From the NCBI GenBank assembly GCA_900088475.1, contig FLMG01001166.1, positions 64,363 through 128,362 of the forward strand: a DNA stretch of 64,000 nucleotides, given 5' to 3'. The notes below the pieces were generated by a model that ran no database searches, was not told the origin of the DNA, and worked only from the letters and a program-made list of their open reading frames with translations. Made by a program: the position numbers and the translations under genes. Every line of letters starts with the position of its first letter. The stretch's first letter is position 1. The stretch comes from Hyphochytrium catenoides (Eukaryota > Protista > Hyphochytriomycota). Of this stretch, positions 38,860 to 50,700 are shown in pieces.

Positions 38860-40110
38860 TCAGGCCACTGGATTCCAAGGACAGCTGGATTTCCATGCCT
38901 CCTTCAAGAGAGCTCGTTTCTCCTGATACGCCTCCCAGAGTTTCGCTGACTCGACACGATTACGGAGGTGACCCAAAACTGTCTTGTTTAGCAGATTGTC
39001 GTTGAGATTTGGGTTTGCACTTGACCCGGTAGGCTTCCTGGCACTGGCTTCCTTCGAAGCAGCTTGCTGGACATACATCTGCTCTTGGAGTTTTCCCTTA
39101 TGTTGGAGCTGCTCAATGCTGCGCAGTATCTTTTGCTTCTTGTTAGCAGCAGGGTTTTGCGCATCTAAAGAAACCTCTGCAATCGCCTGCACTACATTGT
39201 CATCCTCAAAGCTTGGGATTTCCTCCTGTCTGCTGAAGTGCTGGACTGCTGCCATTGCAGCTCGTGAAGGCACAGGTTTCCTTCCAAAGAACCACGGATG
39301 GTTGAGAATATCATCGATGGAAGGTCTTCTAGACGGTTCAACAACCAACATCTTGTTAAGAAGGTCCATCGCATCGCCAGAGAACCAAGTGTGCATCTTC
39401 CACGCCCTTAAAAGAGCCTTGGCACCGCTGCTTTTCATCAGTCGGAAACGATCATCCTGCACAGAAGGGAGTTCCATTGGAGGAACGCCCGTCAGCATGA
39501 TAAAGAGAACAATGCCTAGAGACCAAACGTCAGCCACCGTAGCTTCATACTCCTGAGACGTATACGTTTCTGGACTCATATAGAAGAACTTGCCGACAGA
39601 GTCCGAATGTTTCTGTGAGGTGGTGGCAGACAGACCAAAGTCACATACTTTGCATGTGTCCTCATCATCCACCAGGACATTCTCTAAAGAAATATCTCTA
39701 TGGGCGATGCCTTGCTCATGAATGTACCTAACTCCGCTAACAATCTGGTGAAACCAAGTCCGTGCCTGGTCCTCAGAGAAACGCTGATTTGAGGCCTCCT
39801 CGATAAGGCCATAGAGCTCCCCCTTGCCACAATACTCCAGGACCAAGTAGAGAAATCCATTCTCCGTGAACTCAGAGATCAACCTCAACACGTTAGGATG
39901 ACCCCCATCCTTGCTCAGAATTTTCATTGCTTGGCGCTCAGCTTCAGCATCCTCCTTTATCCTGGTGCCGTTTAACGACTGCTTGCGAAGCGCATTGGAA
40001 AGGCGCACTCTCTTAATCGCCACCAATTCCTGGGTCTGAACGTCCTTGGCGAGGACAACATCGCCATAAAGGGCGGATTTTAGAGATCGGACGACCCGAT
40101 AGTTATCCAT
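38860..40110 (-). CDS. CAMK/CAMKL-like Ser/Thr protein kinase (oomycete-type), intronless
   Basis: 416-aa ORF with VAIK, HRDISLEN, DFG, GKFFYMSPE and DVWSLG; Gly-poor loop KSALYGDV. Confidence 0.92.
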   Translation of the reverse strand: MDNYRVVRSLKSALYGDVVLAKDVQTQELVAIKRVRLSNALRKQSLNGTRIKEDAEAERQAMKILSKDGGHPNVLRLISEFTENGFLYLVLEYCGKGELYGLIEEASNQRFSEDQARTWFHQIVSGVRYIHEQGIAHRDISLENVLVDDEDTCKVCDFGLSATTSQKHSDSVGKFFYMSPETYTSQEYEATVADVWSLGIVLFIMLTGVPPMELPSVQDDRFRLMKSSGAKALLRAWKMHTWFSGDAMDLLNKMLVVEPSRRPSIDDILNHPWFFGRKPVPSRAAMAAVQHFSRQEEIPSFEDDNVVQAIAEVSLDAQNPAANKKQKILRSIEQLQHKGKLQEQMYVQQAASKEASARKPTGSSANPNLNDNLLNKTVLGHLRNRVESAKLWEAYQEKRALLKEAWKSSCPWNPVA

Positions 40111-42946
40111 TTTCAGCCTATCTGCCGTCTGGCAACCTCGTTAATGATCTCTTTGGGGGTGGACGTAAAGGCCCTGAGATGTTGAGGGGTTGATCAGGGC
40201 AGGTCGGCCAGAGCTTAAGAGAATCACAGAGAACGTCCTCTGATCTTCCTCTTTGCTTCCTTGACTTATGTGACGTTTGTCGCTCTGCCTTCTAGTAGAT
40301 TCCTCAGAGCACAAGAGTGACAGCTGTAAGCTACCTTCTGCTTCTAGAGTCTATGACAAACGGCCCTGTCGCTTATGTACGATGACTTGTTTCTTCTAGT
40401 TGTCAGCAACATGTGTGGCGACTACCGTCGTCATCCACAGTGCGGAAAAGAAAGAATGAGGCAGGGGCAGGACTCAGAACCAAACGGACAAGACTTTCCA
40501 GGGATTGATTGATCACTGTAGGTGGACAGGGGGTAGTAATAACTTCTGAGGTCGTAAGCCTAAGCTCTATACTAGGCAAGAGCAATACGACGGTCGGTGT
40601 TTTGGTCCTTCCTCTGCCAGGAGCTTTTTCCTTGTCATTCTTCGAGCGCCTCTGTCACACTCCTCGTCGTTCTCTTTGACCTCCCTCTGTCTCACTTTGA
40701 CAACGGGTTAAGAATTGCCTAAGGTTTATCTCGTACCTATTCTGTCTTGTTCAAGCTGCTGTCCTTCTTTCCATTTTTTTGTCCCCATTTCTGTCCTCTT
40801 TTGTCCCTTCCTCCTGTTTTCTGTGTCTGTATGTTGATGCTAGAGGAAACGTCATCAGAGGGTGGGTGGGGCTGGAATATCCCGGCCTGTGTCCTATAGA
40901 ATAGCGTTCTTTGTGAGTAGGTATATACAAAGGTGCTTTGTTCCCGCGATGGAAATCATCTGCACCCAGCTTGTGGGGCTGCGAGGTGGAAGGAAAAGAC
41001 TTGATAACAGAGCCAAACTGGGTAAGGCGTGAGTAGGAGAGGTGTTAGAAGCAAGAGGGTTGTCGAAACGTCAAAGTCCAGCCACATCATTCTTCTTCCC
41101 CATTCACCTGGAACAGCGAGAGACAGCCAGCACCAGCAGCTGCCTGTCACGGGTGCTGATGATCTTTCTTGACGTGTCGCTCTCTGAGTCAATGTCGCTG
41201 TCGTAGAAGTGTGGTCTTTTAGAACTTGAAATAAGACTCAACAAAATTATTAGAAAGGGTTAAGGAGTTGTACGAGGAGGAGAAGGGACGAATGGGGGTG
41301 ATGTTCTGTCTTCTTCCTCAAGGAACAAGGAAGAGTCTTTGTCCCCAGTATTTTTGAAACATTATGAATTAGTTCCTATCTTTCCAGGCTGCCGATATAG
41401 AATAGCTGAAATCTTCCCTACAGTGCAATTTTGCTGATTATTTCAACATTCGATTCCTTTCGAAGGCGATCTTGATTGTTCCGAATGATCTTCAAGGAAG
41501 GTCTGACCTACCATAGTTCTACTATGCAAAAACCACCACACAGAGGAGGAGTGAGGGTCAACGAAATAGCGCTGAATGAGTTTGTTCAATATTTCCAATG
41601 AGCAGTTGTCTCAGTGGTACAGTTCCGTCCAGAAAAGAACTGATTAACGACGGAGTGCAAACACTCCAGTAGCAGTGGAGAAAGTTCTATAGTACCATTT
41701 GCATTTCTAGATGTCCATGGGTAAAGCCTCGTTCTGTAATCTGGTTCAAGGGCCTGATGACAGTCTAAATCAGGTATTATTCTGATCCCCTTTGCAAGGT
41801 TCATTATTTCCCCAAGTCCCGTAAATAACTATTGCAAAACATGGTAAGGGTGACCCATTCTTGTGCTGGGCATTCCCCTTACATTTTACAAGGTATGAAT
41901 GAGCTAGGTTTCGGCGAAATCCACATCTTAGCTAGGAGTAAGTACTCGTAGTCCCAACGCTCTACAGCCTCACTCATGCGTCGTATCTTTTGAAAGAGGG
42001 CTGTCGTTTATGACCTCACATCCTGTGATGTGAGGGGAGAATTGTGGAAGTGATGAGCTGGGGAGCCTGTTCGGGTTCAGGTGCTTCTTAGGTTTAACAG
42101 TGTACAGCGGCTACATACCAAATCCCCCGCATTGTAGATTAGAGGTACACGTACAGATAGTAAAATAAAAGCCTTTCTTGTATGGGACTACAAGTACTTT
42201 TGTAATTCTGCACTGAGTGTTCTACTTCTAAGGGAATCCGTAGACAGGTAAAAGAACCCTCGTACTGTAGGGCTGAGCTCTGTCACGGCGCAGTTCGGAG
42301 TGGAGGATGAGAGGTGAGCTGCTGCGCTTTCTTACCATTTTATCCTCTATTTCGGATGGACATTCACATCCCTTCAGCAGCCCAACACAAAATCCGAAAG
42401 GTTCAAACTACAGCCCCCTTCTCCCAGCTCTCAGCGGCACCTCTTCTCTCACACTGCCTTCCTACTGGACATACACTCTCGGTAAACATTCCTAGAAATC
42501 TCCGAAAAAAGTCTTGGAAGACCATCACCAACGCCATACAGTGCCTGTCAGTGTATCACTGTAGTTGTTGTAACCTGCCGTTCGCGATGGCGACAGATGG
42601 GTGTTATTTACTCGTGTTATTACTCCCTAGGCTACATTATTGCAGGTGGCGTCTTCACCTCTAATAATAAGCGGGCGTCGCATCGGAACGGAGCTCAGCA
42701 GTACAGCAGGATGGAGATTGCTTTGGCGCAATTTATAGCTCATGGCGACCAAAGTGGAACCACGAAGAAGATAACTACGTCAAAAACTTGGAATACTACT
42801 GGGAGCATAATAAGCTCTGGTTCGGGGTTAGAGGTGTTTCCCTTTGCATGAGAAGGCCCAACGTCTCGTTTCATAAGGCCCGGCTGTCGGTCTGTCTTAG
42901 ACTTGGGAGCCGGTCTGCATAATAAAGCAGAGGATCAGCCGTTAAA

Positions 42947-44368
42947 ATGCATGAAGGCGTCAGTCATCATACGCCTCTTCTAGAAGAGGAAGAGGCTGTG
43001 CAACGCTCAATAGGAAATGATGGGAGCGGGCCGCCGGGATCGTTTCTAGAGGGAGCGACTAGCTCTAATCAAGGACCACATAAAGGACTAGCGGCGAATG
43101 TGCGGTTGAGGAGGAGGCGTTACGTGGATGTTGGTAGAGGCATCACCATCTTCCTAATGATCTTTGTGAATCACTGCGACGGAGATAAGCCCTTTTGGAT
43201 TGCCCACGCTGTTTGGGATGGTATGCACCTAGCTGACACGGTTATGCCCGCCTTTCTCTTCATTGTTGGCGTCTCGATAGCTCTTTCGACACAGAGTCAC
43301 ATGTCCAGCAACGAGACCATAAAAACAGCGTTGCGAAGAGTAGGCATGCGAAGCATGAAGCTATTTGCCTTGGGACTATTTCTTCAGGGCGGAAGTGAGG
43401 ATGGCCAGTTTCCAGCCTTCAATCTAAGGAGAGTGCGCATCATGGGAGTTCTTCAAAGGATATCCATCGCTTACTTCTTCACTGCGACCCTTTTTCTTCT
43501 ATGCCTTCCGAAATCCACAGTCTGCACCACCCTTGGGCACGACGGCCATCCGCTCAAATCTGCTCCGCAGAAGAGAAAGAAGAAGCGCCGGGATCCGTCG
43601 TGGGTTCTGTGGGCCGTTGCCATTACACTCTTTATCGCCTACACTCTCTGCAGTCTGTGCATCCCGGTCCCTTCCTGTCCTTATCTACCTCCTTTAGCTC
43701 CAACGTGTAACCTTGCCTCTTATCTGGATACAGTGATACTCTCTGTGGACCATATGTACCGCTATCCTCTCTGTGTCAGGGCAGATCCTCCCTGCTTTGC
43801 TCTTGAACCTGAGGGTCTCTTTACCTCTCTTGGAGCTATCATAACATGCTTTTTGGGACTGTATTACGGAGTGCATTTGAACAAAATGGACGTTGGCCGT
43901 CGAGTTTGCCAGAAGCTCCAGCTTGTCTATGGCTCCTTAGTAATCGGAGGAGTCTGTCTGCATGCTTCAGGCCTTCCGCTGAACAAGCAGCTTTACTCTT
44001 CTAGTTATATTCTCATGACTGCCGGACTCACAGCCCTGCTTCTCAACCTTCTCTCCGCTATAGAAGCTAAAGGTAACAAGGACTTCGAGGGGGCTAAGAT
44101 CATTCTACTAGGGCAGATTCCGTTTATGTGGCTTGGAATGAACAGCATCCTAGTCTTCGCTGGGGACGAAATGCTACATCTCGTGCTTCAAAGCTGGTTC
44201 TGGTGGGAGAGCCGGGATAGAAACTTATATAACTTCATAGTTGGCTGTTTGAAAAGGATTGTTCACAGCGAAGCATATGCCCAACTCTGCTATGGCCTAC
44301 TGATTGGGTGCTTCTGGATGTACATTGCCCGGTTTCTCTACCACCGAAAGATCTTTATAAAAGTCTAA
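42947..44368 (+). CDS. HGSNAT: Heparan-alpha-glucosaminide N-acetyltransferase (HGSNAT/NagX)-like membrane acetyltransferase, intronless
   Basis: RYVDVGRGITIFLMIFVN, HAVWDGMHLADTVMPAFLFIVGVSI (catalytic His), RIMGVLQRI, EPEGL, PLNKQLYSSSY and GMNSILVF. Confidence 0.9.
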   Translation: MHEGVSHHTPLLEEEEAVQRSIGNDGSGPPGSFLEGATSSNQGPHKGLAANVRLRRRRYVDVGRGITIFLMIFVNHCDGDKPFWIAHAVWDGMHLADTVMPAFLFIVGVSIALSTQSHMSSNETIKTALRRVGMRSMKLFALGLFLQGGSEDGQFPAFNLRRVRIMGVLQRISIAYFFTATLFLLCLPKSTVCTTLGHDGHPLKSAPQKRKKKRRDPSWVLWAVAITLFIAYTLCSLCIPVPSCPYLPPLAPTCNLASYLDTVILSVDHMYRYPLCVRADPPCFALEPEGLFTSLGAIITCFLGLYYGVHLNKMDVGRRVCQKLQLVYGSLVIGGVCLHASGLPLNKQLYSSSYILMTAGLTALLLNLLSAIEAKGNKDFEGAKIILLGQIPFMWLGMNSILVFAGDEMLHLVLQSWFWWESRDRNLYNFIVGCLKRIVHSEAYAQLCYGLLIGCFWMYIARFLYHRKIFIKV

Positions 44369-44787
44369 AGGATGCCAAAGTCTTCCTTAGATGCAGCCTG
44401 GTTCTAGGCGGAAATAGTTGGCTGACCATCATCAGCTCATCGTCTTCGACGGCCAGCATGACAGAATGACTCATGCCTGGGAGTGTAAACTAAAGTGTGG
44501 TTATCGACTTTGGCCCGCAAAGCCTCAACTGCACCATGTCTGGTCTCAAGAACTTAAGAGTGCTGAAGCCCCACAAAGCTCAACTCTCTTCTCCCAGTAA
44601 ATGGAGCAAAAGAGTAAACTTCGGCAGGGGACACCTGAGCTGAACTGAATGAGTGATAAGACTGCTAAGCAGTTACAGTTCTCAGGCACCTCGACCCCGG
44701 AGGTCAGAGAAGGCCGAACTCGCCGTCAGCCATGTCGCCTCAATAGGCGTTAGGAGCCCGAGAGCATACTCCGCATTTATTTAGTAT

Positions 44788-47700
44788 TCACTTATCTTTC
44801 CTCGTCGCTGCACAGAGCCTGTAAAATAAACTCTTTCTGTTGTTCAGCAGCACCCGAGGGTCGTCATACTCTACCAATTGCCCTTTGTCCATCACTAGTA
44901 CCCTATCACTGTCCTTAATGGTACTCATACGATGAGCTATAGTGAGAACAGTAGAGTCTGAGAACTCTTGTCGAATGGTCTAACGCAGAGAGAATGAGCA
45001 GGGTCAGCATAAAAAACAGCCATAGCCATAGCGAGACGAAGTTTAGCGGAATAGAAAGAGTTAGACAAGGCTTAATAAGGGGCAGGACCTCTTAGTGGAG
45101 CTCCCAAAACGCACTCACAGAAGGATGAAACGCTCTCCAATCTACTGATGTATGGAGCCCTTATGCTATTACCTGCTGTACTAAAATGTCAGTCTTTACG
45201 TCTACTGATGCTGTGGCCTCATCGATGCATACCACCCTAGAGCCTCGAAGCAGCGCGCGACCCAAACAGAGCAACTGGCGCTGCAGATACAAAAAAGTGG
45301 TGCAGGAGCGAGACATCGAACGAACAGTTGAGTGCAACCATGCTTCTGTGTTCTGCCACAATCAGGTTCAACACTAACGCTGAAGCCATACCTGTCCGAC
45401 GCTAAGATTCTCTCCCTTTTCCTTTATGTCTGCGTAGAGCCCTCCCTCTAGCCTCGCTATCGCTGGTTTCATATGGCACCGGTCCAAAACGTGCCAAAGT
45501 TCGGAGTCTGTGAAAGCGCTCGCCGGGTCCAAATTGAAGCGGATAGTACCTGAGAAGATGACGGGCTCCTGCACAATGAAGTAAATTGAAAAGGTCTTCC
45601 TTCACTCTTACAGCCTCCTGTTATACCTGCGGAATGCAGCACATGCTGGATCTCAAGGTATGAAGAGGAACTTGCTTTATGTCGGTTCCGTCTATGGATA
45701 CGTAGCCCTCCCATGGGACCTGTCAAGTGCCGATTTGTTGTAAGGATGGAAGATCAGTAAGGTCTAACAGGACTAAGCACTTATAAAAGGCACGAACCAT
45801 GCGAAAGAGAGCACGGAAAATTGTCGATTTGCCAGCTCCGGTCCGGCCGCAGATACCCTAGGCGCAAGTATTAGCTTTGTGAAGGAGGCAAGCTGTGCTA
45901 CACGGAGGGGGAAAGTAGAGAATGGCACATTGTACCACCTAGACCCTACCACTTTCTCTCCGGCCTTGATGGAGAAAGTCAGCCGATCGGTAGCTGGAGG
46001 CAGCTCGGGGCGGTAACGAACCTATTTGTTGTTGTTAGAAGGATCTACTTAGTGCAGCCAATTTTAGGTTATGTCTTGGAGTATTGGGTTCGCGGAGAGA
46101 GTAACTGGAGCTAAAAAGGAGTAGCAATGTCAACTACGAGTGAGAAAGCCCGATAGAGTAACAGAGGGACTGCGTCAGGAGCAAGTATGCAGAAGAGTAA
46201 TACCTCTAGAGAAGTGACGTTAATGGCTCCCCAGGTAGGCCATGACTCTGAGAAGTCCTCCAATAGAGGCCGCGCTTCTTCATCCATTTGTTGTCCAGAG
46301 CTCGTCGCAAGGCTGCTTCTAGTGCTTTCCACCTCAGGCTCAGATTCTAGGTCGGAGTATTCTTCTAATCTTTCGACTGCGCAAGGCAAATAAAGTTGAA
46401 CCAGGTTGATGAGACGCCAACTTTCAGATGGCAGCACGGAGGACTAGAGGCCGAGATGAGTGAGACCAACCATGAGAGGACCAAGCCTAAGAGCTATTGC
46501 GGTGCTCATAACTCAACAGATGCAATAGTCGTATCAAAGAGGGGTACGATCCATAGAAACCACTTTCGGCCCCGTAAAACCTGCGATCATATTTTTCTCT
46601 GACTCTGTGAAACTCCAGACAACTCCATTAATCATCCCCACCAAGGGTATCGCGTATGTGAGGGTAAGACCGACATAGCCTGCACTAATGCCGCCTACGA
46701 GCGCATATTCGAAATCAAGATGGCAGTAAGTAAACAAAAGTAAAGGGCAAAGAGAGGCGGCAGGTTTGGAAAGAGACGACCCTTATAGCGGCTTAAGTTG
46801 CAGATAGCCTCTGTCTAGGACCGCAGATGACATGGCGAGTGACGGGCGACGAACTTTACAAACAGCCAACTTGAAAGGGAAGAGAGACCGAGATAGGGAA
46901 AGGAACGTGTTGGGTAGCGCGACCTGACTAGGCTGTACGGCTCACTGCTCATAGTACCTGTGATACAGTACTGGCTGACCGCAAGGAAAGAGGCGAAGGA
47001 CGTCAGCACCATGCCGAGGGAGTCGAGGCGTGTGTTTAGCCATCGACCGCAGAGACTGCCATTGAAGGAGTTGCGCTGGTCCAAGTCGATCCGTTTGTGA
47101 AGTTCAGATGTGAACCTCTCCTCAAGTCTACAAATAAAGAAGAAGAGCTGTAAGAACTCAAAGGGGACTCTCTCTCGCAGTATATTGACGCGGCGTGAGC
47201 ACAAGGTTTAAGGAGAGGACGCTCTTGACAAACCTGAGAGCACGGATGAATTGTACACCGCTAAGCGTTTCCGAAAAGAAAGAGTAAATGGGGCTTCGCG
47301 CAACGGAGTCCAACCTACGAAGATAATCTCAGATCTACAATCTCCCGTGCCATCATTTTCGGTTTCTGGTTTCTCGGCTCCAATACCAATGACCTGATCG
47401 CCGATTACTTATCTCAACCCACCGTTTGAGTTCCCTTGAGGTTTGTCTATAGTAGTGCTGAATAAAGTGATAGAAATAGCCGGTTGGAAGCAGGATGATG
47501 ATGAGCACAGGGCTGCTGGTAGCCAGGATCACTAGAGCGCCGCAAAGTCCAAACTGTGACGACAGGGTTGTGTGAGGGAATTGCCGCTTGCTGCCCTTAG
47601 CATCTGTCAGTTCCGTCTAAACTTTTGCCCGCCCGTGTAAACTGCCAGCTGCTCAACTTTCCATCTGTATGCTCGACCTCTAACCGAAGCTCACTTAAAC

Positions 47701-50700
47701 GGCCCACTTAGTTTCACCCTTTCTATGTCCAGGTTCCCATTATAAAGCCGCAACTTACTAATTGGGCAAGATAGATGTTGAAGATAAACGGAAATGATTC
47801 GTCCACTGCGTACTGGTCACTGCTGAAGCGATTTAGTATCCTGCCCACAGGACTAAGCAAAAAGAGAGGGAGAGCAAGAGCGAGAGAGGGAAAGGCAGAG
47901 GTCAATTTAAGTGCCTACAGAAGGGCAAGGACGAAACAAGAATTGGCAAGGAGGACCCAAGAACTGGGTACGCGTTTCAACGCGCCCCAAATCTCCCTTC
48001 TTCCCTTGGCTTATTGCCTAAACAAGTTCCACCCGTGGCCTTGCCCGGCTCCTTCCTGGCCTCTTTCTACACCATTATTTCTCTGCCTTATCCTGTCGTT
48101 CTAAGCGTACACAATAACTGAGGACCCAAGAATACTTGGGTTATTCTTTTCCTTACACTTGATCAAAGAACTTGACAGGCGCCTTGATAATCTTCGTCAG
48201 GAGACCCTCGTGCAGAGATGTAGCCGCCTTTAGTCCGGCCAATGCAAAGAGAACAGCACGAAATACTGTAGAGATGGAGTTGAGAGCAGCCACAACTGCA
48301 AAGATGGAGAGAAACCATCTATCGCTCGCTTCCGACTGAAAAGGCAGACGAGAAGCAGAGGTAGTATGGCACATGGTTAAGACATGGATCTCATCTCCAC
48401 ACGATTGAGTCATCGCTTTTGCTCTCCTACTGGTTTCTTTTTGCTCATCTATTCAGGTGCACGGCTTGTTATATCTTCTTCTCCACCCTCTTCAATCCAC
48501 TACTATCGCTACTCCGAATGGCCCCTCATCTCTACCCTCCCAATCCTAAGTCCTCTCCCGCAAACAATATACTTACCTCCTTATCGGACGCCCAGTAACC
48601 AATCCACCAGTCGGAGAAGTTCCGTGTCACCTAGACCCATATACAGGGTGAGAGGGGAGAGCCCGAGGGCGAGAAGAGGCTAGGAGACGAAAAACAAGCT
48701 CTATGCCGGATTGATAAGATACGAGATAACTGTGAATGATACCTGCATTCCCAGGAGTGAGACACCGACTGCCAAACAGAGGCCAAAGCCCGCGCGACGA
48801 AAATAGGAAGTGACGGTTGATGAAGCTACCGATCCTTCTTTCCTTGTCTCCCTGATAGCATTCATCATATCAACAAGGGTGAGAAGACAACTGGATTCGA
48901 CCAACATACTCGACTGTAAGAGTTCCATTTCCATTTGCTTCTTCCGTTTCTGCTCCTCCTTCAAGAATGATTTCATCCAAGGCCTGACCTAAAGCAGCTA
49001 GATGGCAATCAGTGATAAGCAGCTATCTCATAGGAGACACCCCAGCTGCCCAGCAAAGCACATAGCAGATACAGATGGGAGACGATAGACGCATTGAGCC
49101 AAGAAGATACGCGGTAACAAACGCTGAGAGTACTAACGTTCGTGATGTCGGGTCTGCTCTGGTTCCAACTGGATGGCCTTAAAAGCTGAGGACAGATGTA
49201 CTCCGCCCTCTCTCTCTACTAAAAAGTCAAAGGTTCCCGATTCTGCTATTCGTCCTTCCTCCATATAGTATATCACATCTTCAGGGGATAACTGCGCAGG
49301 CAGGTGGCGTCCCACAAACAAGGACATGGTCAAGAGGTAGTGGATAGACCTCAAGGTAACAAGAAGGGTCAAAATAAGAACGGACACTAAGAGCGGATAG
49401 AAGCAGCAGCCTAAAAGGAGAAGAGATATCAAAACATAACAGCGAAAGATGACAATAATTGTGGACAGAAGGAGAGCAACAAGTGTTGCAAGGCAAGGAC
49501 CAGATGAAGAAGTTCTATGTGAAACAAAAAGAGCATTATTAGAACATATGTGATAGGACACGCTACCAAGCGCAGGCAATGAAGATTGCTAGTTACGATA
49601 ACCCTCGCTGCCCCATCTCTGGCTAATATACCCTGTGGTCCTATTAGCTCCTATGGTGGACCACTGTTAGAGAAGAGTCAAGGAAATAGGACTATCGAGA
49701 GGTACCTGAAAGATAAACTTTGAGAGCCGGGCATCTACTTGGCTCAGCGGGTCATCTAAGAGATAGACGTCTGCCTCCTGTACCCGAGGGTTAGTTTTCA
49801 AAAGGTTCAAAAATTGGTGTCCATGAACAAGGGGACTAGGAAGACTTAAGAGAGATGAGAAGTAAGCGTAAAAGAGAATGTGCCTTTGGGGTAAAGAAGT
49901 ACCTGATAAGCGGCTCTCGCAAGAGTGATCCTTAGTCTTTGCCCTCCACTCAGATTAGTCCCTCCCTCACCCAGCTCCGTTTCATCTCCCGCAGGTAAGT
50001 GTTTCAAGTCTTGATCCAAGGCGCATGCCTTCAAAACCTTCTGATACCACTCTCCTCGCAGTGGAGAGCCAAAGAGAATATTATCCCTAACCTATATAGA
50101 ATAGGTAGGACCCTCAGCTTAATCATTTCGAGTAAGAGAAGAAAAGATATTCGCTTCTATACATCTACGCTAGCTCAAGTAGTGTGAAGGGGAGAAAAGA
50201 CAAGTCAGAGACATAGATTTTGTAGGGCAATAGCGATACCGACGAGAGAAAAGTAGGCTGTCCGAGATATTACCGTGCCGCTCCGTATCCATGCAACTTG
50301 TGAAACGTAGGCCACTCGCCCCCTGAAGAAGGGAAGGACCGGGCCATTCTCTCCCTCCATATCGCCTAAAATAGCCGATAACAGAGACCTACGCATTCAT
50401 ATTACTCAGTTGATGCAGAGCAATGAGTTGCATGAGTGAGTGAGACCAGGCGACCATGTCAAAGAGTAATAGAGGCCCCTAGACAAAAGCCTGGTAAAGA
50501 GAACATAGCGATAGAGTCAGAAAGATCCATCTCTTGCCCCTAACTACTGTCACAGGCCCAGAGCCTGAGCTGAATGAGAGTAGACTCGCAGAATATAAGA
50601 AGCAACAACTTACGACTTTCCTGACGCTACTGGACCGCAAATTACTGCTAGTTGCCCCTTAGCCACCTTCAAGGTAATCTTTTCCAGTCTGAAAGGAGCT

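Noticed and set aside
38984-39556. 190-aa ORF antisense to the kinase, and similar antisense ORFs over CEP290, anoctamin and HtrA2
   Set aside because: Shadow ORFs arising from sense-strand codon bias; Ser/Leu/Phe-rich with no motifs.
42307-42923. Short overlapping ORFs upstream of HGSNAT (for example NYVKNLEYYWEHNKLWFG)
   Set aside because: No consistent start or splice model and no recognisable homology.
47892-48138. Nested short inverted repeats (aaggcagag/ctctgcctt, gggcaagg/ccttgccc) and a duplicated gaggacccaagaa in an ABCC intron (MITE?)
   Set aside because: Arms are only 8-9 nt in purine/pyrimidine-biased sequence, spacing is unequal and there is no TSD.
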